Shown piece after piece: positions 13,645 through 26,485 of a DNA stretch of 64,000 nucleotides. The notes under the pieces are model-generated. The model was given only the letters and a program-made list of their open reading frames with translations, was not told where the DNA came from and did not search any database. Position 1 is the stretch's first letter. Every line of letters starts with the position of its first letter. The stretch comes from Squalus acanthias (lineage: Eukaryota). The stretch is taken from NCBI GenBank assembly GCA_030390025.1, contig CM059449.1, positions 35,030,001 to 35,094,000 of the forward strand, read 5' to 3'. A program made the translations under genes and the position numbers.

Positions 13645-13714
13645 ATGGACGGACGGGACGGCTTGTTTCTGTCGCTTGTACTGAGTTTCTCCCGCCTACA
13701 AGCGGCCCTGTCTG
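13645..13714 (+). CDS. Candidate leader exon B (MDGRDGLFLSLVLSFSRLQAALS, phase 1)
   Basis: Kozak-like GCGGATGG, signal-peptide-like hydrophobic core, donor TCTG|GTGAGT; phase-compatible with the alpha1 exon. Confidence 0.55.
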
Positions 13715-15779
13715 GTGAGTAGCCGGTTACCGCTGCATCATCGAATGTCTCCAGGCTCACCCTCTGATCTTAGACTGTAACCGGCAGGCCTGTCGCTCAC
13801 ATCAGGTGTATCACACAGGGAAACTGGACAGTGTGTGCGGAAGTGAAGCGATGAAGCGGGATTGGAATATCCATCCTGCTTCTCAGGCTCGCTTCTCCCT
13901 TTGCTTGGATTAGATGATGTCCATTACTGTCCGGACAGCCTGATATTACCGCTCAGTTAATGTGACAGCTTCTATATTCGCTGTGATAAGCAGGAGGGAG
14001 ACGGACAGTGTGTTCCCGCTAAGCGGCTTGCGGGTACGGAAGTGTCAGTATAACTGCGAGCCCAGTCCCGACCTGACCCCCTGAGTGACCCAGAGCCCAG
14101 CGGCGAGACTCCGGCAGGAAAGCAGCTCAGTCGGTTCGGGTTCACACCTGTTTCAGTGTAACTCCAGCCGGCGGGAAGCTGCATTTTAAAAGCTTCATTC
14201 TACCTCCTGGGAACTTGGAAAAACTTTTAAAACTCCCAATAAATCGGAAAAATCATTAAAAATACAGAGGGAGGGGTTCACTTTTATCACAGGTGGAAAC
14301 GGGTTCCAGCGACCCGGGAACCTCTTTTACACTTTCCGACTCGCTTTAGAATGAAGCTTTGAGGCGATCCGTGCAGGTTCGGGTGAAGATTGAGCCCCCA
14401 GACTTAACCTCTCTGTCTCTTTCACACTGACCTGCTGCATATTTGCAACATTTGCTGTTTGTAGCGGATTCCCACCATGTGCGGTTCCATTCGGGCTCAT
14501 GTTGACTCTGTGCGATGCTGTAAAGAGGGCGAGAGCGAGTCGGCCGCCAGTTTTCCATCTTTCTCCCCGTTTCGCCCTTCTATTGAGTTCAATGGCAGTA
14601 AAAATCTGGAGAGCTGTAAAAGGAGCTGCCGACTGGCTATCGCCCGTTTTACTATCGCACAAAGTCAAGATCGAGCCCACTGACTGTTGGAATTGATCAG
14701 TGCCTGCTGCTCACAGCCTGGAGCTGTTCGGGGTGAACACCAGAGGCAGCTTTCGGCACCTGTTACAGCTAGCTGTGGAAGAAGGAGAAAAAGAAAGAAA
14801 GACTTGCCTTTCTACAGCGCCTTTCACCAACTCAGGACATCAGGTGGAAGCCGGTTTAACAGTAACTTTGAAAAAAGAATTGGACAAATACTTAAAGGCA
14901 AAACAAAAATACAGGGCTATGGAGAAAGAATAGCTGAGTGGGAATCATTGGCTCGTTATACCAAAGAGCCGACACAGGCACAATGGGCCGAATGGGCTCC
15001 TTCTGTGCTTTATCATTCCATGATTGGATGGAGTTAAAATACAGATCAGCCATGACCTAATTGAATGGCAGTAAAAGGCTCGAGGGGCTGAATGGCCTCC
15101 TCCTGTTCCTAAATTAATGTTGGTGATATTGGAGGTGAAATGATTACCATATTGGTGTAACATTGCTTTGCCTGTTAACTTAATGGTGCAGCCTGTGTAA
15201 AACAAGTGGGATATTCGCTGTGTTACAACAGTGGACAATAACATGTCTCACTAATATTGCCAACAGTAATTTTAGGCAGAACATGTACAGCGGTACAGCG
15301 AGTAATAAGAGTCAATGAAGAAGTCTATTTGTTGCTTGGTATGAAATTCCACTTTTCACTATTTTAGCAGAGCCTCAATCTGTTCACAGCAGATAGATTT
15401 ACACCGCCTCTGAAAGGGAGGAGGGTTGAATTTTTAGATTGTATAGCTTGTAAACTTTCTATCACCCAGCAGAAACACTGAAAGTGACCAGCCTGTGATT
15501 GGCCTTTCCTTGACCTTAACAAGGCGAGGCTGTATTTGTCAGTGAGGTTTGCACCTCTTCTGAGAAGGTGCAAACACAGGATTGGAGATTGCTGTTGCTT
15601 TTAACAGCCAGCTCTATAATCGCTACCGATCAGGTTCAGTGGGAAATATTCTCGCCGGTGCTTTCAATTTGTGTCCCAGTCTTCCTCCAGTTTCAAGTCT
15701 TTGTCATTGACCAGTGTGGTCTTTTCTGACCAATTCTGCCCGCAGTTCCTAATGCTGGGAATAAAGCCAGAGATTCCCT

Positions 15780-15910
15780 CCCCAGTGACGGGAGGTGATT
15801 TATTTCCCATTGGATAGAATGAGTTTCACTGAACGAGATAAGCAGAATAAAGTGGGAGGGGTTCGGACAACGACAAAACCTTCCCGTCTCGCTGTGCAGG
15901 ATTTTAACTG
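15780..15910 (+). promoter_or_regulatory. Putative class I proximal promoter (X2-like TGACG, Y-box ATTGG, ISRE-like GAGTTTCACT); also present at 13070-13200
   Basis: CCCAGTGACGGGAGG...CCCATTGGATAG..GAGTTTCACTGAAC upstream of the leader ATG at 15927. Confidence 0.5.
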
Positions 15911-15926
15911 AGCGACTCCCTGAAAC

Positions 15927-15978
15927 ATGTTCCTCTTTGCTTTACTGAGCCTTTACTTTTCTCAAAGGGTGGTTCCTG
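15927..15978 (+). CDS. MHC class I leader exon A2 (MFLFALLSLYFSQRVVP, phase 1), nearest to alpha1
   Basis: ATG at 15927, donor CCTG|GTAAGT; splices in frame to give ...VVP-E-SHSLLYYYT. Confidence 0.75.
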
Positions 15979-18004
15979 GTAAGTCAAATGACAGGAATTG
16001 TGCGGCTGTAATCATTATTGCACGACATGACCGCCATCGAGAACAACGTATTAGACCCGCGTTTAGTCCGGGTTACACTGGCTGCCCCGTGTTACGACCG
16101 GGATACAATGACTGCCCCGGTGTTTCGTCCGGGATACACCGACTGTCTCGGACATTGCGGATGCCCTGGGGGAACTCCTGCGTTAGTTGAAATGTTGAGG
16201 TGACGATAGGGGCTCGTGTGGCGTTGGATGCTTAAGAAAGGTGCCGGAGAGTTACTGCAGGACTGAAGTAATGTCCCTCAATCATGGATGGGAATTTGTG
16301 CGGTGAATCAGGCCGACGTGTTGGCAACGTTGATTGGACTCATTCCAGGAGCTTTCATCACATGACCTCCAGCCCAGTCAACCCGCCTTCTGTCCCCAGC
16401 TCCAATAATATTATAATTGTGATTGTTGTGTTATTGTTATCTTTCTCTCTAGTTTCTTGCAGCGGTGTCCAGGAGATTAATATTTAATTCCTGGAGACTG
16501 CGGGATAGTTCTGGAGGGTTGGTAAACCTATGCTCCGCCTGTCTGATAGATTAACTTGGTGGAGACAGTATAATTTCGTGATCCGGTTTCATTTACATGA
16601 AATTAGCGCCAAGGCCTTTTGATTTAAAGGCAGCCTGCAGTCCCTTAAATGGCCGCTGCACTTTTCAAGGGTGGTTAATGGAGAGCGACTTACTGGAGCA
16701 GCAGCTTTCATGACATGGTCAGGTGTCCTCCGATTCTCTGGGCAACGGTGGAAGCGCTTGTAGAGCAAGTTAGCACCGGTATTGAGGACCTCTTCTCCTC
16801 TAATAGGTAACGATATGCCCGGCAAAATAGTCAGCTGTAATGGCGAGAGGTGGATGAGCAAGCCAATGGCAGCAACATTGGGTATAAAGTGCACGGTACC
16901 CGAGAGCGGCTGATGGAGATCGACAGCCTGTTTTGGTCTATCGCCCAATTTTATTTTCCAATGACTTCAATCGAATAGAAATTCAGGCGGCGGGCAAAGC
17001 TGCCTGCTGATTCGCTATCGCCCATTCCGCGCTGCCGCCCAAGACAAATTTATATTCCATTTTCCCAAGGATCTGTCTGCATTGCAGGAAGAAACGTAAT
17101 GACCTCACCAGGACTGACAAGGTCAGACTCGGCTTCACATCTCTCTTACTGTCTGCACAGCCTCGCACCGCCTGAAGTTTGCCGCTGCACTTCTAATCCT
17201 TTCCTCCCCATTCCCATGGCTCTCCTCCAATCACAACTGACCCTTCACTACATTCCAGAGTGAAATTACCAGAAGCCCATTAACAGTTCAAAATGTTCAG
17301 CAGCCAGTACAAGCATTTTAAATGGATTAAGTAGTGAAATTCCACAAAATAATAGAAGAAAAATATCTCCCAAATATTCCAAAATTTTACTTGAGACCAA
17401 CTGAGGATTCCTTTAATATCTGCCTCCCGATTGGTTCCACTTTGTGGGCAGGATCAGGAACTAGTGGGAACAATGTGGGCAGAGAGGGAAATATTACTGA
17501 GGGCCCTGAAAACGTCCTTTAACCCCAATTTGCATATATTCAAGCTGCTTTTTCCCCTCTTTTGCTCAGTAAATCTGAGGCCAATTTTAATGTCGCTACA
17601 AGCAGCGGGCTGGGAGCAGATCACTGCGCACACACCAGGGATGGATTCTGCATGGCTTAGTACCATAATTCTGGGTGCACTTCCTCACTAATTCACCAAA
17701 GAATCCCCAGGTCAGACGTGGGACTAAAATCTTAAAGTTACGATTTACAAATGAGCTGAGCTGATGTAAATTATTTCAACCATCACATTTTTCATTTATT
17801 TCGAAAATGGAAATATTCTTGTAATTGGATAAGATTTAATATTAAGGCTCATTTTGCCTTCTCTGCAGTGGTTTAACACGGGAGCGATGGCAAAATATCC
17901 AGTGTTCTCGCATTTTTCTGAATACATTATTTTGTCCCTATTTGTTTAGCAAACTGACATTTCTGATATTTGTATGGAAATTATTTTTTTTTATTATGTC
18001 CTAG

Positions 18005-18265
18005 AGTCTCACTCTCTGTTATATTACTACACCCTGAACCATGGGAGTGTTGATCTGCCGGAGTACAGTGTTATGGGGCTTTTGGATGGCTGTGAGATAG
18101 ACTATTACGACAAAAATATGAAAATAACTGTTCCAAGACAGCAATGGATGGCAGAAGCATTTGAGAAGAGTTACTGGGACGAATACACAATAACTCAAGC
18201 TGGATTCCACGGACTCATCAAGGGACAGGTTGATAGATGGATGCAGCAGAACAACCAAACATCAA
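18005..18265 (+). CDS. MHC class I heavy chain alpha1 exon (non-classical)
   Basis: Acceptor TCCTAG, 261 nt, phase 1/1. ESHSLLYYYT...LPEYSVMGLLDG.EIDYYD...VPRQQWM...YWDEYT...NQT, with the conserved N86 glycosylation site. Donor A|GTGAGT. Confidence 0.95.
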
Positions 18266-21200
18266 GTGAGTGTATTCGTTTGAATGAATGCAGTGAACGA
18301 CAGGGGTCATTTATACTTGGGGGATTGTGTAACATGAGTGATATCAAACCGCCTGATATACATTCGCCTGATTTTCCCTTCCATTGACTTCAACAGAAAG
18401 GAACATTAGGCGAGGTGTATAATGGGCAACTAATTGAATATCACCCATTTTACACCCTCTCTGGAATGTAACATTAACCCCAATGAATGATGTTGGTGAT
18501 ACTGGGGGTGAAATTCAATGTTGGTGGGTGTAAAATGGGCAGTAGCAGCGAGGCCACCCTTTATACATGCTGCCTGATTTTCCTTTACATTCACTTCACA
18601 GTAAAATGGGCCTTGGTCTATAACAGGCGGCTTTTCCGCTTCCACCCGTTCAGCAACCCTGCTGAAGTTGAATTTCACTTTCAGCCAGATAAAATCCGGG
18701 CGCCTGTGATTCAGCTTTTGTTTTACACCTCGATCGCAAAAGAAAATGAGATGTGGTGGAAAACGGGCGAAATATGGGCGCCTGTGAATCAGCTGTCGTT
18801 TTACACCTTAATCGATTTTCTGAAAATCGGACATGATGTACTCTTTTGGTGCACACTATGAACAAATAAAGTGTAACTTAAAAAAACCATTAAAGGAAAC
18901 CAAACAACTTAAATTTATATGTTGTTACTGGTGGTGAAGATGCACTCCAGTCCCTGTGGTGCCCACCGGTCGTGGAAAATCACGAACGTGCTGGCGGACA
19001 ACGTGGGCTCCATCTCCAGGGCCACCCGGGCGCGAACGTGGCCGCAGAAGAAAGGCAGGAAGTCGGGCCGAACGAGCCCCTCGACCGCCCGCCGCCTTGA
19101 CCAGTTGATGGCCACTTTGGCCAGGTCCAGGAGCAGTCCTACGAGGAGGTCCCCAGATCTGCCGCTCCCCTCCGCACCGGGTGACCAAAGATCAGGAGCG
19201 TGGGACTGAAGTGCAGCCTAAAATCGAGGAGCAGCTTCTTCAGATAATGGAAGAAGGGCCGCAACCTCTCACATTCGATATATACCTGGAACACGGACTC
19301 CTCCAGGCTCGGAGATGGTGTAAAGTGGGCGGCCGATTCAGCATTGGTCATATTTCACCTGGTGATAACAGTTAAAAATCCGCCCCTCCCCACCACCACT
19401 AGTGTTTATTGAATGACATTTGTATTATTACATTTAATTTATGATATTTGTAATATTATATTTATTTAATTCTTTTGCTGGTATTTTACATGTAACTAAT
19501 CATATTATGTTTATTGGGGTAATTTTTTACTCTTCAGCCAAAAAGAAAAATGGCCAATATTGGACCGACCGCCCGTTCTAAACCTCGCTCAGATTCCCTT
19601 TCAATTGGGTGAGGTTTATAATAGGCCACTGACCCGATATTGTTCGCTTTACACTATGACCACAATTTAAAATTAACCTCCCATTCATGGTAATATTCCT
19701 TTTTATGAATGATATTAGTAACACATTTATTGAATGACATTGGAAATAACACATTTATTGAATCACCTTGGCAATATTGTGTTTATTAAATTATACTGGC
19801 AATATTGAATTGAAGGATTATTATTCATATCATTGCATTTGCTCAGTGATATTGGTAAGCACATATTTGATATTTAATGTAGATGTGTAAGTTTGAGGTT
19901 CCAATGCCGTCTTATATCCCGCAGGTGGCTTATCAGAAAAGCATAATGCACTGGCTGCAGTTTTCTATTCATTAGGAGTAAATTTTATAGTTGGGCAATA
20001 GTGTAAAATGAGCGATATCGAAATGACTAGCCAATATACTCCCTGTCTGATTTTCCCTTCTGTTGACCTCTATGGATATGAAAATCAGGCGGGGTGCAAA
20101 ATGGGCGGACGATCAAATATCGCCCATTTTACACTCTCAGCCAAAGTCAAAATTACCCCCATAGAGTCAAGTCCATTGTAACAAGGTTGGAGGACAGGGA
20201 ATGTCAGCCTATGCTGTGCAAACATAACTCAGTCCCCAATTTAAAGTCATACATTCTGGCATGTATTGTGACAGCATTGGCAAATATTCTGGTATGTTAT
20301 TTATCGTTAAGTAACAACATTGCTGGAAAATTGTGAAGGTGAGAAGTAGAGTTGGTTTATACACGGGAGTTTTCCAGAAGTATAGGTTGAAGAGTTGGGC
20401 AACAAAAAACTGAGGCAATACAGCGCCACCACTGGAGCGAGGGTGCAATTGCAACATGCTGACTTTACATCGGCAACTCCCATTTCAAATGTTGACATAT
20501 AGAATCATAAAATAATACAGCACAAAAAGAGGCCATTCAGCCCATCGTGCCTGTGCCGGGTCTTTGAAAGCTATCCAATTAGATCCACTCCTCTGCCCTT
20601 TCCCCAAAGCCCTGCAACGTTTCCCCTTCAAGTATTGATATCCAATTCCCTTTTGAAAGTCACTATTGAATCTGCTTCCAACACGCTCTCAGGTAATGCA
20701 TTCCAGATCACAACAACTCACGCATACAAGAAATCCTCATATCACCTCTGGTACTTTTCCCAATTACCTTAAAGCTGTGTCCTCTGGTTACCGACCTCTC
20801 CCCATATTCACTCTATCCAACTCCTTCATGATTTTGAACATGAATTCAGAGGAATTGATAATGGGAAAAGGTTGATAAAAATGTGACAAAAGGAAGTAAG
20901 AACTTAAGAACATCAGAAATAGGAGCAGGAGCAGTCCATTCGGCCCCTCGAGCCTGCTCTGCCATTTAATGAGATCATGGCTGATCCGATTTTGGCCTCA
21001 ACTCCACTTTCCTACCCGCTCCCTATAACCCTTGACTCCCCAGTTGCTCAAAAATTTGTCTATCTCAGCCTTGAATATATTCAATGACTCAGCTTCCACA
21101 GCTCTCTGAGGTAAAGATTTTCAAAGATTCACGACCCTATGAGAGAAGAAATTCCTCCTCATCTCCGTCTTAAATCGGCGACCCCTTATTCTGACACTGT

Positions 21201-22378
21201 GCCCCCTCCTTCTAGACTCCCCCACGAGGGGAAACATCCTCTCAGCATCAACCCTGTCCAACCCCCTGAAAATCTTTTATGTTACAATAAGATCACCTGA
21301 TATTCTTTTAAACTCCAATGAATACAGGCCGAACTAGCTCAACCTTTCCTCATAAGACAACCCTTCCATCCCAGGAATCAACCTAGCGAACCTTCTCTGA
21401 ACTGCCTCCAATGGAAGTATATCCCTCCTGAAAGAAGGGGACCAAAACTATATGCAGTAGGTTGTGTGGTCAGGTAGTACATAACATTTCTAATATAATA
21501 TAGCTAGATTTATAGTTAAATACCAACATTTATTCAATTTGGGAAGCAGAGAAGTAGAATTGGTTGGAGCACCGCAGTTTCTCTGGGAAATGCAAAGCTA
21601 AGTCCAACAGTGCCACCACCGGTGGGAGGGTGTAATTACAGCATGACCAGCCGACGGTGGCAGCTTCCTTATAAAGGTGGACATAGGAATTTATAAAGGG
21701 AATTCTTAACACAAATGTAATTGAAATATGACAACAGGAAGTATGCTTTTGTGGACAGGAATTACACACAGATGTAAGAGTTTTAAATTTTCTACTCAAT
21801 TTCCTGTTGTGTTGCATATGTGAGGTGTAATTCTAACTTTTGGTGACAGTGTAAAATGAGTGATATTGGATCGGCCACCCATTACACACTCCACCCAATC
21901 TTTCCTTCCATTGGGGCCATGGTGAATTGACAGCCCATTTTACATCTTTGAAATTTAATAGAAGAACAATGGGTGGAGTGTAAAACAGATGCTGATTCGC
22001 TATGAGTCCATTTCGCACTACTGGCAAAGACCAATTTCACCTCGTCTGTATTTTGCTCAATGGTCATTGAGTATAACATCAGGGACTTGATGTTGACTTA
22101 CAGAAGACATTGGTTAGGACACTGTTGGGGGTTTTCATGCAGTTCTAAGCACCTAATATAGCAGGAATATTACAGCAGACAGCTGCCGTTTAACTTTGGT
22201 GTCAATTGTTCTCTTTCTGTGCTGTAAATTCTATGTCCCTGTGTGATGAACCTTGTTTTAGCTACTAAACGCCATTTCTATCTGGAAAGAGTGACTAAAA
22301 AATAACTGAAATTCTCAGATTTGGTGTGAATAGATGAGATAATTATGTAGCTATTGATCGATTCAATTTCTGTTCTAG

Positions 22379-22654
22379 GTACTCACTACCTTCAAGGACT
22401 GTTTGGCTGTGAGCTGAATGATGCCAATCCTAGTGTAGGGATTTTGAAGTTTGCTTATGATGGAAGATACGCATTTAGTTTTGATAAAGACAAATTGGTT
22501 TGGACTGTACATGATCCAGTAGCTCAGACCTTCAAAGTGAAATGGGATAAGGAAACAAAGATGAACCTTTATTTCAAGAGCTTGTTAGAAAAGGACTGTG
22601 TGGATTTATGGAGGACATACTATTCACTTGGAAACGCATCACTAACCAGAAAAG
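22379..22654 (+). CDS. MHC class I alpha2 exon
   Basis: Acceptor TTCTAG, 276 nt. THYLQGLFGCEL...FAYDG...AQTFKVKWD...LEKDCVDLWRTYY...LTRK, with the canonical Cys pair. Donor G|GTAAGT. Confidence 0.95.
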
Positions 22655-22881
22655 GTAAGTTCAGAACAACTTGGGGGTAAATTTAAAGTTTGGCGATAGT
22701 GTAGAACTGGCGATATTGGATCAGCTTCCGTTACACACTCTCCCCATTCTCCTTTAACAGGCGGCTGATCCGATATCACTTGTTTTACATTAGTGGCAAA
22801 AGTTAAGATGACTTCATTCATTCTATTGTGAAATGTGCGACTTTTATTGAAGTTGAAAATAACTGTCGTTCTATCATGTAG

Positions 22882-23148
22882 TTTCCCCTGAGGTCTCAGT
22901 TATTGCCAGGGCTGCTGATCGTTGGTTTCTCCACTGCATTGTGACTGGATTTTACCCGCAGTCCATCAGCGTTACCTGGTTGAAGAATGGAGAAGATGCC
23001 CCTGAGACCAAATCTACTGGGTTATTGCCCAATGAAGATGGGACGTATCAACTGACGACAACCCTTGAATTTGATCCGTATGATGGGAAACAATACTCCT
23101 GTCATATTGAGCACAGCAGCTTGCCGGGTGGGAAAACAGTCTCCTGGG
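22882..23148 (+). CDS. MHC class I alpha3 (Ig C1) exon
   Basis: Acceptor TGTAG, 267 nt. VSPEVSV...LHCIVTGFYPQSISVTWLKNG...LPNEDGTYQ...YSCHIEHSSL...VSW. Donor G|GTAAG. Confidence 0.95.
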
Positions 23149-24507
23149 GTAAGGACATGAGCAGCGATACTGAACAATCCATCAATAATAGCAACAATCA
23201 CCCACACCTGTCTTGCTCTTTCTCTCTTTTTCTTTACACATCAGACAGCACTTTGGTTATCTCTGTACTTCAGGTTGTCTGTGACTGTTCCTCATTCGTT
23301 CTCTCTCTTTTAGTCCATTTCTGTTATCTTCTGACTCTTCCATAATCTGCACCCACCCCTCCGTGTGTGCTTCTCACACACTTGCTTTCTCTCTATATCT
23401 TTCCCATTGCTTCTTGCTGTCTATCTCCACTCTGTACCCACACCCCACACACACCGCACGGTCTCAGAGTTAGATAACAAATGAATCTCTGTACACAGTC
23501 TATCTGGGTTAGAGAATGGATTAATCTGCATTCACCACCCACTCGCAGACATCAGACTCTTTATTTGCCCGACTTGCTGTTGCTTCACTCTTTGTTTCTG
23601 CTTTCTCATTGTTGTTCCCTTTCACTGTGGTGATGGATCTGCTCGGTTTCTGAGCTGGAACTTTTGCTCTGTGCTGAGCTATTTCACTCTCAGCCTCAGT
23701 GTGTTTTTGCTTCTCTTGTGTCTTTGTTGAGGTGGGGAATGAGGTGACGGGTCACTTTGGGATATGAGAGGAGGAGTGGGGAAGTGTTGTGAGGAAAGGT
23801 CATTAAAATGTAGTGCAGTGGGGGGGAGGGGTGATAAAATAATGCGGCCTGGCGGCAAGGGTGGGTCTGAGGCTGGGCTCCTGAGGCGGGGATGGGCCGA
23901 AGTCCACTGGGAGCTGCAGGCAGGGAAGGTGGGGGCGGTGGGCTTTGCCCAGAAAGCAAGAATCTGCAGCAAGAATGAAGGTTGGGACAGGCGGGGCGGG
24001 TGGTGGACCCCAGGAATCAGCCTAGAAATTGCTGTTGGTGATTACCAGGGTCACCAAATGTCTCCAGGGGAACCTCCTGCTATTGGTTTAGACACAGCGG
24101 GGTAGATTTCCAACCTGCCGCCCGGGTGTAAAACCGGAGTTGCCTCCAATGGGAATGAAAAGCGGGCAGTTTGTGTGACAGGCGGCTGATCCACAGCAGA
24201 AGGCTCACACCAGAGCTGCGCGGTGAACATCTACCACAAATTGTTTAATAGATAACGGTGCTGCTCATTCAGGTCTCTCCATGGAAAGGTGCCTCCCTCA
24301 GGGGAACAGGTCGGATGATCCTTATGACCTGGAAATGTATTTCTGGTCGGTTACTGCGTTGATCCTCTGCTGAGGGCAATTTCCAGATGTTGCGGCCCAA
24401 CCTGTGCAGGTCGCAGTTGTTTATAACAATCCCTTGAATTAGAAAATCGGTTCATTAAAGTCAGTTTTATAAGCTGCATATACACAGCTTCATATAATCA
24501 GATCTGT

Positions 24508-24996
24508 NNNNNNNNNNNNNNNNNNNNNNNNNNNNNNNNNNNNNNNNNNNNNNNNNNNNNNNNNNNNNNNNNNNNNNNNNNNNNNNNNNNNNNNNNNNNN
24601 NNNNNNNNNNNNNNNNNNNNNNNNNNNNNNNNNNNNNNNNNNNNNNNNNNNNNNNNNNNNNNNNNNNNNNNNNNNNNNNNNNNNNNNNNNNNNNNNNNNN
24701 NNNNNNNNNNNNNNNNNNNNNNNNNNNNNNNNNNNNNNNNNNNNNNNNNNNNNNNNNNNNNNNNNNNNNNNNNNNNNNNNNNNNNNNNNNNNNNNNNNNN
24801 NNNNNNNNNNNNNNNNNNNNNNNNNNNNNNNNNNNNNNNNNNNNNNNCGCTCNNNNNNNNNNNNNNNNNNNNNNNNNNNNNNNNNNNNNNNNNNNNNNNN
24901 NNNNNNNNNNNNNNNNNNNNNNNNNNNNNNNNNNNNNNNNNNNNNNNNNNNNNNNNNNNNNNNNNNNNNNNNNNNNNNNNNNNNNNNNNNNNNNNN
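24508..24996. other. Assembly gap or hard-masked block, with a 5-nt island at 24848-24852
   Basis: Runs of N. Confidence 0.99.
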
Positions 24997-25977
24997 TATC
25001 TCTCTATATATTTCTCTCTCGATTTCGATCTGAATATTTTGAAAATGTTGAGTCTAGTCAAGTTTCCAAAGCTGCTGCTCCATTCCAACAACATTAGGTG
25101 ACAGATTGAAAATGATAGGGTTCCGCCTATTGTTGAACGATACCAGAAAGCTGCCTTTGCAGTATATTGAGAGCTCGAATTAAAGAAACGGAGTCTGTAT
25201 GCAGTTACAGAATCGGACCACTGAGTGTCACTGTGGAGCATTCAGGGTTTTGGAGACAGCAGTCATGTTGCTATCGTTAAGTAAAAGAAGGTAAACATTT
25301 AACTATCTGAATTAAATGTAAACTTTTATGTAGATAATTTGCTTATTTACAATTCTCATGAGCGGAAGTCTTGCACCTTGAGCTCCCTCTCATCACACGG
25401 AGCTGTGGGGACGGTCAGAAGCTCGATCCCCCAGCCCTGGGAGCTGGCACAGTGGCATCATCAATTCAACTGCCATTACTTACCCCTCATATTGCCCCTT
25501 TCACCAGTCCCGCAGACACAGGCCTCTGCTAGTTTCCTACATGGCTCCCCTTACACAGCGATCCATGGGGGGTTGCAGGAGAGGGGACAGCTGGTTTTCC
25601 CTCTGCCTCGCTGGGCACCACGACCACAACCCTTTTCCATTGTCCTCCCAGCTGCACATTCCTATCGCTGGCCCAGCCCCGATCAGTCTAGAAACCATGC
25701 TTCACTCTTCACAGCCATTGCTCCTCCCCCCACCTACCCTGACACCTTTACAGCCTGACCGCCTCTCGTTGACTATAACCTGTGTTTATTCACAAAAAGT
25801 GAACTTTGTGGTTTTAAAGAAACCTGGCTCCACCTTAGTGAAATAATACATTGTGCATTATATGGTGTGAGGATACTGTCCATAGAAAACAGCGCATCAT
25901 CCTACTTACCATGAGCAGGGCCATAGGTTTCCACTGATTATATATAAAACTGTCAATCCGCACATATAGAAAAGTAG

Positions 25978-26076
25978 AGAAAGAGAAGCATGTGGGGCTG
26001 ATTGTCGTGTGTGTACTGCTGTCGCTGGCTTTCGTTATAGTAGTTTTAATCTATATGTGGAGGAGAAAACGAAGAG
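25978..26076 (+). CDS. MHC class I transmembrane exon
   Basis: (E)KEKHVGLIVVCVLLSLAFVIVVLIYMWRRKRR: a hydrophobic span plus basic stop-transfer, donor G|GTAAGT. The 5' boundary is uncertain because the acceptor is weak. Confidence 0.85.
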
Positions 26077-26199
26077 GTAAGTCGAGAGAATATGCTGCAG
26101 GCTTGTTTGTAAAAGTATGACACAGCGGCTTTACAGAAAATCTTTTGGCCGGCCCCAAGATTATATTTTGAATTTTAAATATCTGTTATAAAGAAAAAA

Positions 26200-26485
26200 A
26201 AAGAAAATCTTGCATTTATATCGCGCGCCTTTCACGACCTCAGGACGTCCCAAAGCGCTTTACAACCAATGAAGTGCTTTCTTTATAAGTGTAGTCACTG
26301 TTGTAATGTAGGAAACGCGGCAGCCAAGTTGCGCACAGGGATCTTTTACATCCACCTGAGAGGGCAGATTGGGTCTCGATTTAACGTCCCATCTAAAGAC
26401 AGCACCTCCGACAGTGCAGCTCTCCATCAGCACCGCACTGGTGTGTCAGTCTAGATTTTACTGCTCACGTCTCTGGAGTGGGATT
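26200..26485 (-). mobile_element. SINE fragment with an L2-like tail (DeuSINE-like)
   Basis: Minus strand reads ...GCGCTTTGGGACGTCCTGAGGTCGTGAAAGGCGCGCGATATAAATGCAAG followed by a T-rich tail; a related remnant lies near 14790-14840. Confidence 0.55.

Larger units (their letters stand above)
14843..16150 (+). repeat. Copy 2 of the ~1.2 kb duplication
   Basis: Matches 12181-13430, including the ~31-bp tandem GTCCGGGTTACACTGACTGCCCC repeats after the leader exon. Confidence 0.92.

Noticed and set aside
24498-25241. 247-aa ORF on the minus strand
   Set aside because: It spans the N-gap, so the length is an artefact.
25020-25292. TVEHSG motif followed by an AG|GTAAAC donor, suggesting an extra Ig-like exon
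   Set aside because: Stops occur in all + frames and no Cys/Trp Ig core is recognisable; it cannot be supported without an alignment.
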